A stretch of 64,000 nt of DNA from an uncultured delta proteobacterium. Its GTDB lineage: Bacteria; Myxococcota_A; Polyangia; Palsa-1104. Shown here piece by piece: positions 19,769 to 31,060 of this stretch. Each line of letters opens with the position of its first letter. Position 1 is the stretch's first letter. The DNA lies in NCBI GenBank assembly GCA_963785725.1, contig CAWAWS010000007.1:384001-448000 (forward strand), written 5' to 3'. Below the pieces are notes generated by a model. That model worked only from the letters and a program-made list of their open reading frames with translations. It did no database searches and was not told where the DNA came from. The position numbers were made by a program, and so were the translations under genes.

Positions 19769-21163
19769 TCAGGCCGCAGGAAGCCAGACAGTAAACGTCG
19801 TGCCTTGACCCTCCGACGACTCGACGCGGATGGCGCCGCCGTGGAGCTCGACGATGCGTCGCGCGATCGGCAGGCCGAGGCCGCCGCCTTGGCGCGTCGA
19901 GAACGTCTCGTCGAAGATGCGCGGCAAGTCGGCGGCGGCGATGCCGCAGCCGGTGTCGCTGACGCGCAAAGCGACGCCGCCGGCATCGGGGCGCGCGTCG
20001 AGCGTGATGCCGCCGCCGCCGTCGGTGGCTTTGACGGCGTTGAGCACCAAGTTGAGCACGACCTGTTTGAGCCGCGCGCCGTCCGCGCGCACGTGTGGCA
20101 GCAGCGGATCGCAGTGCACGGCCACGCGCACGCGCGCCGGCGACGTCATCAAGTTCACGTCGACGACCTCGTGCAAGAGCGCGTGCACGTCGACCATCGA
20201 CGGCGGCGAGCGCACTTCACGCCGCTCGACATATTCCTGCACCAGCCCGGCCACGCGCGTCGCCTCGCCGTCGATGGCGCGCGCCAGCCGCACGCGCTGC
20301 GCGTCGTCGCAGTTGGGCCGCGCGATCACCTGCGCCGCCGCGCTGATCGCCGCCAGCGGGTTGCGCACTTCGTGGGCGAAGCTCTTGGCCGACGACGCCA
20401 GCTCTTCGCGGCGCGCGCGCTCCTCCTGCTCGCGTCGCGCCGCTTCCACCTCCGACAGCTCGCGAAACACGGCCAGCGCGCCCATTCCGCCGTCGACCTC
20501 GACGCTGGCGTTGGTGAAGCCCAAGTTGCGCTCGCCGTGCTTGGTGCCGATCGTGACGCGCCGTTGTGCGGCGTCGCCGGAGACGAGGAACAAGGGCTCG
20601 CCGCCGGGCAGCGCGTCGCCGATGGTGCGGCCGAGCAGCGCGTCGGCGCTGCGCGCGAGCATGGCGCAGGCGGCCGCGTTGACCTTGACGATGACGCCGC
20701 CGCCGTCGACGACGACGAGGCCCGACGATAGATGATCGACGACGTTCTCGAGGAACGCCTGGCGCGCGCGGATCTCCTCCGACAGCCGCTGCATGCGCAA
20801 GAACACGCGCAGCTTCGCGTCGAACAGGTCGACGTTGAACGGCTTGGCGACGAAGTCGACGACGCCCAAGCCGTACGCGCGCTTGACGGTGGCGCCGTCG
20901 GTGATCGCCGAGATGACGATGATCGGCATGTCGTCGAGCTCGCGGCGCTGGCGAATGCGCTCGAGCACCGCGAAGCCGTCGAGGTTGGGCAGCACGAGAT
21001 CGAGCGTCATCAGCGCCGGTCGTCGCGCCGCCAGATGCGCCAGCGCCGAGGCGCCGTCCTTGGCCGCGACGAGATCGACGCCCAGCGGCTCGGTCAACGC
21101 ACGCAGCAGCTCGACGATGCGCTCCTCGTCTTCGCAGGCCAAAACCAGCGGCCGTGGATCCAA
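19769..21163 (-). CDS. Hybrid receiver-PAS-histidine kinase
   Basis: Receiver (LDLVLPNLDGF, KPF), PAS-like segment, H-box FAHEVRNPL, QVVLNLVLNA, DTGCGI, GGLGL. Confidence 0.92.
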   Translation of the reverse strand: MDPRPLVLACEDEERIVELLRALTEPLGVDLVAAKDGASALAHLAARRPALMTLDLVLPNLDGFAVLERIRQRRELDDMPIIVISAITDGATVKRAYGLGVVDFVAKPFNVDLFDAKLRVFLRMQRLSEEIRARQAFLENVVDHLSSGLVVVDGGGVIVKVNAAACAMLARSADALLGRTIGDALPGGEPLFLVSGDAAQRRVTIGTKHGERNLGFTNASVEVDGGMGALAVFRELSEVEAARREQEERARREELASSAKSFAHEVRNPLAAISAAAQVIARPNCDDAQRVRLARAIDGEATRVAGLVQEYVERREVRSPPSMVDVHALLHEVVDVNLMTSPARVRVAVHCDPLLPHVRADGARLKQVVLNLVLNAVKATDGGGGITLDARPDAGGVALRVSDTGCGIAAADLPRIFDETFSTRQGGGLGLPIARRIVELHGGAIRVESSEGQGTTFTVWLPAA

Positions 21164-21195
21164 ACTAAACAGCGCCTCCTCGGTAATTCAAGAGA

Positions 21196-21615
21196 TCAGG
21201 CCTCGTCGTGGTCCATCGTCGACGTGAGCGAGCCGAAATATTCGTTGAGCGCCATCAGCTGGTCGACGTCGAGGCCGGCGAACTTGACGCCCATGCCCGG
21301 CTCGTCGTCGCCGTCGTCGCTGTCCTCGGCTTCGTCTGCGCCGCGGGCGGCGATGACCCAGCGGACGTCGCCGCGCACCTCGAGCGGGCGCGACGCGGCC
21401 GGCACGCTGAGCGCAATCTGCAGCGCCGTGCCCGGCGGCGGCGGATGCGCGGTCATGATGAAGGCGCCGCCGACGCCGATGTTCTTGGTGAACGCGCGCT
21501 GCTCCTCACCGAGCTGGCCGCCGTCCAAGATGCGATAACGGACTTCCACACGGCGGCCGGGACGCGCCTTGCCGCGGAAATGCCCGCGCCGTTCGCGTTT
21601 CGACTCTGCCACCAC
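21196..21615 (-). CDS. PilZ domain protein
   Basis: ERRGHFR (RxxxR), NIGVGGAF, GDVRWV, PGMGVKF. Confidence 0.85.
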   Translation of the reverse strand: MVAESKRERRGHFRGKARPGRRVEVRYRILDGGQLGEEQRAFTKNIGVGGAFIMTAHPPPPGTALQIALSVPAASRPLEVRGDVRWVIAARGADEAEDSDDGDDEPGMGVKFAGLDVDQLMALNEYFGSLTSTMDHDEA

Positions 21616-21714
21616 GGTATTTTCGCTACAGACCGACGGAGGTGTCAAGCGACGCCGTCGTTAGCGGGTGTTGGGATTGACACTCCTGCCCGTCGCTGGC
21701 ATGGTCCAACTCCC

Positions 21715-23571
21715 GTGAAGATTCACCTCATCGGCATCTGCGGCACTGGAATGGGCCCACTGGCCGGCCTGCTCAAGGCCGCGGGCCACGATGTGCGCGG
21801 CTCCGACTCGGACGTCTATCCGCCGATGTCGACGCAGCTGGCGGAGCAGAGCATCCCGGTGATGAACGGCTACGGCGACGCCAACTTGGACTGGCAGCCG
21901 GACACGGTCGTCGTCGGCAACGTGCAGACGAAAGATCAAGTCGAGGTCAAGGCGGCGCAGGCGCGCGGGCTCAAACTGACGTCGTTTCCCGCGCTCTTGG
22001 AAGAGCTGTTCTTGACGCGGCTGCACTCGCTCGTCGTCGCGGGAACGCACGGCAAGACGACGACGTCGTCGCTGGCGGCGTCGGTGCTCGTCGACGCGCA
22101 GCGCGATCCGAGCTTCCTCGTCGGCGGCGTGCCGGTCGGCTTCGGGCGCAGCTGGCGGCTCGGCCAAGGCCCGCACTTCGTCGTCGAAGGCGACGAATAC
22201 GACACGGCCTTCTTCGACAAGGGCTCGAAGTTCCTGCATTACCAACCGAAGACGGCGATCATCACCAGCGTCGAGCTCGACCACGTCGACATCTTCGACT
22301 CGCTCGAGGCCATCAAAGACGCGTTCCGCAAGTTCGTGGCGCTGATTCCCGCGAACGGCTTGTGCGTCGTCGCCGCCGATTCACCGGGCGCGCTCGATGT
22401 GGTCAAAGACGCCAAGTGCAAGGTCGAGACGTACGTCGTGCGCGGCGCCGAGAATCCCGACGCGCAGGCCGATTGGATCGCGCGCGCCATCGCCATGCGT
22501 CCCGGCGGCCGCACGCTGTTCGAGGTCACGCACGCGGGCAAACCGTTCGGCGTCTTCGACACCGGCCTGCCCGGTGGCTACAACCTCGCCAACGCGCTCG
22601 CGGTCATCGCGTCGTGCGCGTCGCTCGGCCTGTCGCCGGAAGAGATCGGGCGCGGCATTCGTCGCTTTGCCGGCGTCAAGCGACGGCAAGAAGTGCGCGG
22701 CGTGGCGCAAGGCGTGACCGTCATCGACGACTTCGCGCACCATCCGACGGCCGTGCGCGAGACGCTGCGCGCGCTGCGTCGTCGTCATGGTGGCGGCCGG
22801 CTCATCGCCATCTTCGAGCCGCGCTCGGCGACGTCGCGGCGCGCCGTGTTCCAGAAGGATTACGCCGAGGCGTTCGCGGAAGCAGACGAGATCATCGTCG
22901 GCGCCGTCAGCCATCCCGAGAAGGCGCCGGCCAACGATCGCTTCGATCCCGAGCGGCTGGCCGCCGATCTGCGCGGCAAAGGCGTGCCCGCGCGCCACGT
23001 CAGCGACGTCGAGCAGATCGTCGCGCAAGTGGCCGAGCGCGCCGCCGCCGGCGACACCGTCGTCATCATGACGTCGGGTGGCTTCGAGGGCATCCACGAC
23101 AAGCTGTTGGCGCGGCTCGGCGACGCGGTCGTGCCGGCGCGCGCCGAAGATCTGCCGGGCGTGCGCGATCTGCTCGCGCGCACCGAGCTGCCGTTCGAAG
23201 AGCTCGACGAAGTGGTGGGCGATCTGCTCGTGATGCGCGATCCCGAGGGCCAAATCGTCGGCTGCGTGGCGATGGAGCTGCACGACGACGCCGGCCTCTT
23301 GCGCGGCTTGGCGACGGCGCCCGAACGGCGCAGCCAAGGCCTCGGCTGGATGCTCGCGGACGCGGCGCTCGGTCGCGCGCGCAGCCGCGGCGCCCGTCGC
23401 GTCTACTTGTTGACCGAGAGCGCGAGCGACTTCTTCGCCGAGAAGTTCGGCTTCCGCGCCGTGCCGACGTCGATGGTCGACGCCGCCGTGGCCGAGTCGT
23501 CGCAGTTCCGCCATGCGCCGCCCAACGCCGTCGCCATGCTCCTCGACCTGCCCGTCGACGACACGGCCTAA
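21715..23571 (+). CDS. mpl: Murein peptide ligase Mpl with fused C-terminal GNAT acetyltransferase domain
   Basis: IHLIGICGTGM, VAGTHGKTTT, EGDEYDTAFFDK, DDFAHHPTA, FEPRS; C-terminal RSQGLG and VYLLTESASDFFAEKFGF. Confidence 0.9.
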   Translation: MKIHLIGICGTGMGPLAGLLKAAGHDVRGSDSDVYPPMSTQLAEQSIPVMNGYGDANLDWQPDTVVVGNVQTKDQVEVKAAQARGLKLTSFPALLEELFLTRLHSLVVAGTHGKTTTSSLAASVLVDAQRDPSFLVGGVPVGFGRSWRLGQGPHFVVEGDEYDTAFFDKGSKFLHYQPKTAIITSVELDHVDIFDSLEAIKDAFRKFVALIPANGLCVVAADSPGALDVVKDAKCKVETYVVRGAENPDAQADWIARAIAMRPGGRTLFEVTHAGKPFGVFDTGLPGGYNLANALAVIASCASLGLSPEEIGRGIRRFAGVKRRQEVRGVAQGVTVIDDFAHHPTAVRETLRALRRRHGGGRLIAIFEPRSATSRRAVFQKDYAEAFAEADEIIVGAVSHPEKAPANDRFDPERLAADLRGKGVPARHVSDVEQIVAQVAERAAAGDTVVIMTSGGFEGIHDKLLARLGDAVVPARAEDLPGVRDLLARTELPFEELDEVVGDLLVMRDPEGQIVGCVAMELHDDAGLLRGLATAPERRSQGLGWMLADAALGRARSRGARRVYLLTESASDFFAEKFGFRAVPTSMVDAAVAESSQFRHAPPNAVAMLLDLPVDDTA

Positions 23572-24378
23572 ATGACGCCCGAGCTCGTCGTCGCGCTACG
23601 GGTTGCGCGTGAAGCGGGCGCCATCTTGCGCGCCGGCGCCGGTCGCGCCCACGCCTCGGACGCCAAGCGCACGACCATCAATCTCGTCACCGAATACGAC
23701 AAGCGCTCGGAAGCGCACGTCGTCGCCGCGTTGCGCGCCGCCTATCCCGCCGACGAGATCATCGCCGAAGAGGGCGGCGGCCACAGCGGCAGCTCCGGCC
23801 GGCGCTGGCTCGTCGATCCGCTCGACGGCACCACCAACTTCGCGCACGGCTTGCCGTTCTTCTGTGTCTCCATCGGCGTCGAGGACGCGGGCGGCGGAGT
23901 GGCCGGCGTCGTCGAGGCGCCGGCGCTCGGCTGGACCTTCTACGCCGCGCGCGGCCACGGCGCCTGGTTGGTGCAGCCGCTGCTCCACGCCGAGCCGCGC
24001 CGTCTCGCCGTCAGCGCCACCGCGACGCTCGCCGGCGCCGTGCTCGCCACCGGCTTCCCCTACGACAACGCGACCAACCCGCGCAACAACTTCGCTCAGT
24101 GGAGCGCCATCTACCCGCGCACGCAGGGCTGCCGTCGCGTCGGCGCCGCCGCGCTCGACCTGTGCATGCTCGCCGCCGGCTGGTTCGACGGCTACTGGGA
24201 GCGGCAGCTGAAGCCGTGGGATGTCGCGGCCGGCGCGCTCATCGTCACCGAAGCCGGCGGCCGCATCAGCGACTACGGCGGCGCGCCGTTCAAGAGCGAC
24301 CACGGCGAGGTCTTGGCCTCCAACGGACACGTTCACGACGAGCTCGCCGCGGCGCTCGCCGCCGTCGACGCCGGCTAG
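23572..24378 (+). CDS. suhB: Inositol monophosphatase family protein
   Basis: WLVDPLDGTTNFAHG, ATGFPYD, GAAALDL, PWDVAAG. Confidence 0.93.
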   Translation: MTPELVVALRVAREAGAILRAGAGRAHASDAKRTTINLVTEYDKRSEAHVVAALRAAYPADEIIAEEGGGHSGSSGRRWLVDPLDGTTNFAHGLPFFCVSIGVEDAGGGVAGVVEAPALGWTFYAARGHGAWLVQPLLHAEPRRLAVSATATLAGAVLATGFPYDNATNPRNNFAQWSAIYPRTQGCRRVGAAALDLCMLAAGWFDGYWERQLKPWDVAAGALIVTEAGGRISDYGGAPFKSDHGEVLASNGHVHDELAAALAAVDAG

Positions 24379-24380
24379 AC

Positions 24381-25052
24381 ATGGGCGACCTCGTCGTCCT
24401 CGGGGTCAGCGGTCGCACTTGTCGCCTCGATCTGCTGCCGCCCGAAACCGGCGACGACGGCGGCTATCGCAACGTGCTGCCCGGCTATCACACGCTGCGC
24501 GTCCTGCGCGATGACGGCCTGTGGCTGGGCCTCGATCTCTTCCTCACGCCCGATGACGATCGCGTGGCCGCCTTTCGCCTCGACGGGGATCGCTTCATCG
24601 ACGCGCGCCACGAGCCGCTGCCGCCGCGCGATCGCCGGCGCGACGTGCTGGCGCAAGCTGCCGCCGGCGCGCGCGCCTGGCAAGCCGCGACGTCCGCCCT
24701 CGACGCCGCGTTCTACGCCAATCCGCCCAAGCACCCAGAGGCGTTCAACCTGCCCGTGCTGCAGGCGATGTTCGTGCAGGTCGCCTTCTGCGAGCCCTAT
24801 CTGGCGTCGGCGAACATGACGAAGCTCGTCGCCCGCCTGGCCGAGCCCGCGCGGCTGGCCGGCGCGCCCGCGGCCGCCGTCGAGCTGGCGCGCTCGCTCG
24901 GCGCCATGGTCGCGCTCGTGCCGCGCCTCGCCGCCGACCTGCCGCTCGACGACGTCGTCGGCGCGCTCTCGGAAGTCGGCAACGCGCGCGGCGAGGTCGA
25001 CCTCATCGCCGCCGCCAGCCGCTTGCAGCTGCAGCTGTCGAAACAAAATTAA
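24381..25052 (+). CDS. Hypothetical protein
   Basis: ATG 2 nt after the suhB stop; typical codon usage. Confidence 0.6.
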   Translation: MGDLVVLGVSGRTCRLDLLPPETGDDGGYRNVLPGYHTLRVLRDDGLWLGLDLFLTPDDDRVAAFRLDGDRFIDARHEPLPPRDRRRDVLAQAAAGARAWQAATSALDAAFYANPPKHPEAFNLPVLQAMFVQVAFCEPYLASANMTKLVARLAEPARLAGAPAAAVELARSLGAMVALVPRLAADLPLDDVVGALSEVGNARGEVDLIAAASRLQLQLSKQN

Positions 25053-25077
25053 CGGATATTGAAATAATAGAAACGAA

Positions 25078-25842
25078 TCAGGTAAACGTAGCGATGACGG
25101 GCGCGTGATCGGACGGCTTGACGCCCTTGCGCGCCTCGCGGTCGATGACGCAGCTGTCGCAGCGACGGGCCAGCGACTCCGACGCGAAGATGTGGTCGAT
25201 ACGCAGCCCGCGTCCTTTGGGAAACGCCAGCATTTGATAATCCCACCACGAATAGACGCCGCCTTCGTGATGGTGCAGCCGAAATAGGTCGACCAAGCCC
25301 CAGGCGCGGATATTTTCCAGCGCTTTACGCGCGTCGATGTGAAAGAGCGTCTCTTTCTCCCACGCCACCGGGTCGTGCACGTCCTTGGCTTCGGGCGCGA
25401 CGTTGAAGTCGCCGCACAGCGCGATCTGCTCGTTGCGATCGTGCTTGTCGAGCCAGCGCCGCATGCGCGCCATCCACTGCATCTTGTATTCGAACTTGTC
25501 GCTGCCGACCGCTTGACCGTTGGGGATGTAGGCGCTGGCGATGCGCACGCCGTCGATGACCGCCGAGATCAGCCGCGCCTGCGGATCTTCGACGCCGTCG
25601 TCGAGGCCGATGCGCACGTCGGTCGCCTTCTTCAGCGACACGATGGCCACGCCGTTGTACGTCTTCTGCGCCGTGAGCACGACCTCGTAGCCGATGGCCG
25701 TGAACAGCTCCATCGGAAACTTCTCGGCCTCGACCTTGAGCTCCTGCATGCACAAGACGTCGGGCCGATTGGCCTCGAGCCACGGAATGACGCGCTCGGT
25801 GCGCGCGCGGATCGAGTTGACGTTCCAAGTGGCGATCTTCAT
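25078..25842 (-). CDS. xth: Exodeoxyribonuclease III
   Basis: MKIATWNVNSIR, QELK, YNGVA, CGDFNVAP, YSWWDY, GLRIDHI, SDHAPV. Confidence 0.97.
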   Translation of the reverse strand: MKIATWNVNSIRARTERVIPWLEANRPDVLCMQELKVEAEKFPMELFTAIGYEVVLTAQKTYNGVAIVSLKKATDVRIGLDDGVEDPQARLISAVIDGVRIASAYIPNGQAVGSDKFEYKMQWMARMRRWLDKHDRNEQIALCGDFNVAPEAKDVHDPVAWEKETLFHIDARKALENIRAWGLVDLFRLHHHEGGVYSWWDYQMLAFPKGRGLRIDHIFASESLARRCDSCVIDREARKGVKPSDHAPVIATFT

Positions 25843-25891
25843 CGGCGCGAACTTAGCAGAGCGTGCGGACGATGTTGCAGGTGAAAAAAGC

Positions 25892-26286
25892 GGGAGTGCT
25901 CGTCGGAGAGTCTAGTAAGCCGGGTTTTGTTCCGCCAAATACAGCCTGACGGCGGTGGTCATTCATCTAGGCGCGCCATTGCTGACGAGCTCGAGCGACC
26001 TGACCCGGAGGCAGCGCGACGGGCCGCCGCGATCACTTGCGTGATGCCTCCTGCTTGGTCTTGCTCCAGGTGGGGTTTGCCATGCGATCCCTGTTACCAA
26101 GGATCCGGTGCGCTCTTACCGCACCATTTCACCCTTACCACTTTCGTGGCGGTTTGTTTTCTGTGGCACTGTCCTTCGGGTCGCCCCGACCGGCCGTTGA
26201 CCGGCACCTTGCCCTGTGGAGCCCGGACTTTCCTCTCGTGGCCGAAGCCACCAGCGACCACCTCGTCTTCTCCGACGAGCACTCCC
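25892..26286 (-). ncRNA. rnpB: RNase P RNA (bacterial type A)
   Basis: Minus strand has GAGGAAAGTCCGGGCTCC, AGTGCCACAGAAA, GGGTGAAATGGTGCGGTAAGAGCGCACC, GGCAAACCCCACCTGGAGCAAG and ACAAAACCCGGCTTA; the termini pair over 18 bp; exact mature ends uncertain. Confidence 0.97.
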
Positions 26287-26323
26287 AATCGCGAAAACTG
26301 ATACTGAAGCGGTTACTTCAGTA

Positions 26324-27085
26324 TTACTTCTTGGTGCCGGCTTCTTTGCCTTCGGAGGGCGCGCCGTCGCCGGTGCCTTCCATGATCTTGTCCCAGTAGA
26401 TGATGCGGTTGCAGTTGCCGCACAGCTCGATCGAGTCGCCGCGCTGGATCATGTTGAACAGCTGCGGCGGGATGTTCATGTTGCAGCCCTGACAGGTGCC
26501 GTTCTTGACCGGCACCAGCGCCAGACCGCGCTTCATGCGGATGGCCGAGTACTTCTTGAGCACGTCGGGACGGACGCGGCCGGCGGCGACTTCGCGGCCT
26601 TTGCGCTCCTCGGCGATCTGCTTCTGCAGCTCGGCGATCTTCTCGTCCGCCGCCTTCTGCTCGGCCGCGACATGCTCCTTCAACGCCTGGAAGTCCGCCT
26701 CGTGCTGCTCGATCGACGTCTTGGCCGTCTCGACCGCACCGACGAGCTTGGAGACCTCTTCGCCGCGATCGGCCGCGTTCTTGCGCGTCGCCTGCAGCTC
26801 GCGCTCGGACGCCATGTACTCCTTGGCGTTCTTGACCGCCGCCGAGTGCTGCTTGGCGGCGATCGCGCGCTGCTCCTGCGTCTTCATGTCTTCTTCCTGA
26901 CGCTTGCGCCAGGACTCGGTGTCCGACAGCTGCGCGCGCTCGCGGTCGAGCATGGACTCGACGCGCTTGAGATCCGCGTTCATCGCCTCGAGCTTGGTCG
27001 GAAACGACTTGACCATCTGCTCGAGCTCTTGAATGCGCGCATCGTGACGTTGAAGCTCGGTCAATAAGAGCAATTGATCTTTCAA
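26324..27085 (-). CDS. C4-type zinc-ribbon domain coiled-coil protein (DUF164-like)
   Basis: Long coiled coil, then CQGCNMNIPPQ...CGNCNRIIY; AAGGAG RBS before TTG 27085. Confidence 0.92.
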   Translation of the reverse strand: MKDQLLLLTELQRHDARIQELEQMVKSFPTKLEAMNADLKRVESMLDRERAQLSDTESWRKRQEEDMKTQEQRAIAAKQHSAAVKNAKEYMASERELQATRKNAADRGEEVSKLVGAVETAKTSIEQHEADFQALKEHVAAEQKAADEKIAELQKQIAEERKGREVAAGRVRPDVLKKYSAIRMKRGLALVPVKNGTCQGCNMNIPPQLFNMIQRGDSIELCGNCNRIIYWDKIMEGTGDGAPSEGKEAGTKK

Positions 27086-27100
27086 ACCCGTTCTCCTTCG

Positions 27101-27174
<74 letters not shown>

Positions 27175-27368
27175 GAGTTCTCGTCGGTGCCGTCGGTGGT
27201 AGTTGAAATGTAGCACTTTCCGGCGGCGACGCTCGCGGACGTTAGATCGTCCTTTACGGCTTGGCAAGCGATGACCCACCTGCTTGTGACAACTATCGAA
27301 ATTAAAGCGTTGCGACGCTGCGATGTCGGCTCGAGTACAAAACGTAGGCGGCGCGGGCGTAACCAGAA

Positions 27369-27965
27369 TTACTGCAGCGCGAGATCGGCTTCGGTCAGCA
27401 GCATCTCTTTGTTGTTGATGAGCTGCACCACGCGCATCCGATACGTGTGGCCGGCGCGGAAGCCCTCTTCGGGCGACAAGGCGACGCGCGCCGCCAGCGT
27501 CTTGCCCGCTTTGAGCGGCGCTTGATACAGCGCCGTGTATTCGTGGTTGTCGATCGCGTTCGGATCTTCGAGGTCGAAGAAGATGAAGAGCGCGTTGCCG
27601 CCCCACGCCGGATGCTTGAGCGCGCCCGCCAGCTCCAGCGTCCACTGCGCGCCGCTCGACGCGGTCGAGCTGGAGCCGTCGGAGGAGGCGACCGCTTCGG
27701 CGCGCGCGAAGCGCGGCACGATCGGCGGCGCCTTGCCGCTCGTCGCCGCGACGGCCACCTCCGTCGAGGACACCGCCATCGTGTGCGAGCCGGCCGTCAG
27801 ACAGATCCCGCCCTTCACCGCGCACGGTTGGGTCGGCACGGCGAGCACCTGCAGCGGCGAGCCGCTGCCGTCGTCACCGCGTCCGCTCAGCTCGGTCGGG
27901 TCGGCCAGCGCCGCGCCCGTCGCCGTCAGTAGCATCGCCGTCACCGTTATCGCCTGTTTGAACAT
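27369..27965 (-). CDS. Hypothetical exported protein
   Basis: Signal peptide ALA-D; GAGG RBS-like site upstream. Confidence 0.7.
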   Translation of the reverse strand: MFKQAITVTAMLLTATGAALADPTELSGRGDDGSGSPLQVLAVPTQPCAVKGGICLTAGSHTMAVSSTEVAVAATSGKAPPIVPRFARAEAVASSDGSSSTASSGAQWTLELAGALKHPAWGGNALFIFFDLEDPNAIDNHEYTALYQAPLKAGKTLAARVALSPEEGFRAGHTYRMRVVQLINNKEMLLTEADLALQ

Positions 27966-28299
27966 GTGTCCGCCTCTGGTTGCACACTACTGTGAGCAAC
28001 AAACAGGCCGTTGTCTAGTCCCCCTAAATCCGCACACTTCGCTGGGACGTCTCGAGGTGGGGACAGCTGCGCATGGTCATCTGTCGCCAGTTTTGGCGGC
28101 AGCGGGCGTACAAAATCGTCACACGCGGGCGTGCAACACCTCGTTTTGCGTCGCTGTCGGCGAAGCTGGGCGGAGGCGCGTGTGGTCACGACGAGTGGCT
28201 GCGCGCGCCAGTGGCGCCGGCCGGCGGGCTGGGACAAGCTGCGGCTGCCGGCAGCGAGCGCCGGCGCGCAGTCCAACACGGTACAGACGAGGCGATGAC

Positions 28300-29133
28300 A
28301 TGATCCTAGTGACTGGAGCGACCGGTGATGTGGGCGGCGGCGTGGTGCGGCGGCTGTTGGCGGCGGGCGAGCAGGTGCGCGTGTTGGCGCGCGATCCGGC
28401 GAAAGCGGGCAAGCTCGGCGACGTCGACGTCGCCAAGGGCGATCTGCTCGATCCGGCGTCGTTCGCGGCGGCCGCCGCGGGTGCGCACAAGCTGTTTCTG
28501 ATGGCCCATGCGCGCGATCTGCCGCAAGTCGCGGCGAACGCCGTGGCCGCGGCGCAGGCGGCGGGCGTGCGTCACGTCGTCCTCTTGTCGAGCTACACGG
28601 TGGCGACGCATCCGACGACGGCGATTGGCAAGTGGCATCACTTGGCCGAGCAGGCGATCGAGAAGACGAAGCTTCAGTGGACGATGCTGCAGCCGGGTAA
28701 CTTCGCGTCCAATACGCTGCGCTGGGCCGGGTCGATCAAAGGGCAGGGCAGCGTGTTTTCGCCCGACGGCGCGACGACGAGCGCGCCCATCGATCCGGCG
28801 GACATCGCGGCCGTCGGCGCGGCGGCGTTGACCGGCAGCGGCCACGAGGGCAAGCGGTACGTGCTGACGAGCGAGCAGACGCTGACGGTGAAGGAGCAGG
28901 TGGAGACGATCGCGCGCGTCATCGGCAAGCCGATCCGCTTCGTCGACGTGCAGCCGGACGCGGCGCGCGCGGCGATGTTGAAGCTGGGGTTCGATGAGGA
29001 GCTCGTCGACGCCGTGCTCGAGCTGCGCGGCACCGCCGGCTCGCTGCAGACGACGACGGTGCGCGACGTGACGGGCAAGACGGCGCGCACGTACGAGGAG
29101 TGGGTGCGCGCCAACGCCGCGGCGTTCGCGTAG
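28300..29133 (+). CDS. NmrA-like NAD(P)H-binding oxidoreductase
   Basis: MILVTGATGDVG, VRHVVLLSS, IDPADIAAV, GHEGKRYVLT. Confidence 0.92.
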   Translation: MILVTGATGDVGGGVVRRLLAAGEQVRVLARDPAKAGKLGDVDVAKGDLLDPASFAAAAAGAHKLFLMAHARDLPQVAANAVAAAQAAGVRHVVLLSSYTVATHPTTAIGKWHHLAEQAIEKTKLQWTMLQPGNFASNTLRWAGSIKGQGSVFSPDGATTSAPIDPADIAAVGAAALTGSGHEGKRYVLTSEQTLTVKEQVETIARVIGKPIRFVDVQPDAARAAMLKLGFDEELVDAVLELRGTAGSLQTTTVRDVTGKTARTYEEWVRANAAAFA

Positions 29134-29238
29134 GCAAGACCAACGCTCAGCGTCGCGCGGTGGAAATCGCGCGACGCTGAACGCTAACGAGCAGTAGTAG
29201 TTGATGGCGAAGCTGAGCTTGATGCGCGGGCGAAGCGG

Positions 29239-31056
<1,818 letters not shown>

Positions 31057-31060
<4 letters not shown>

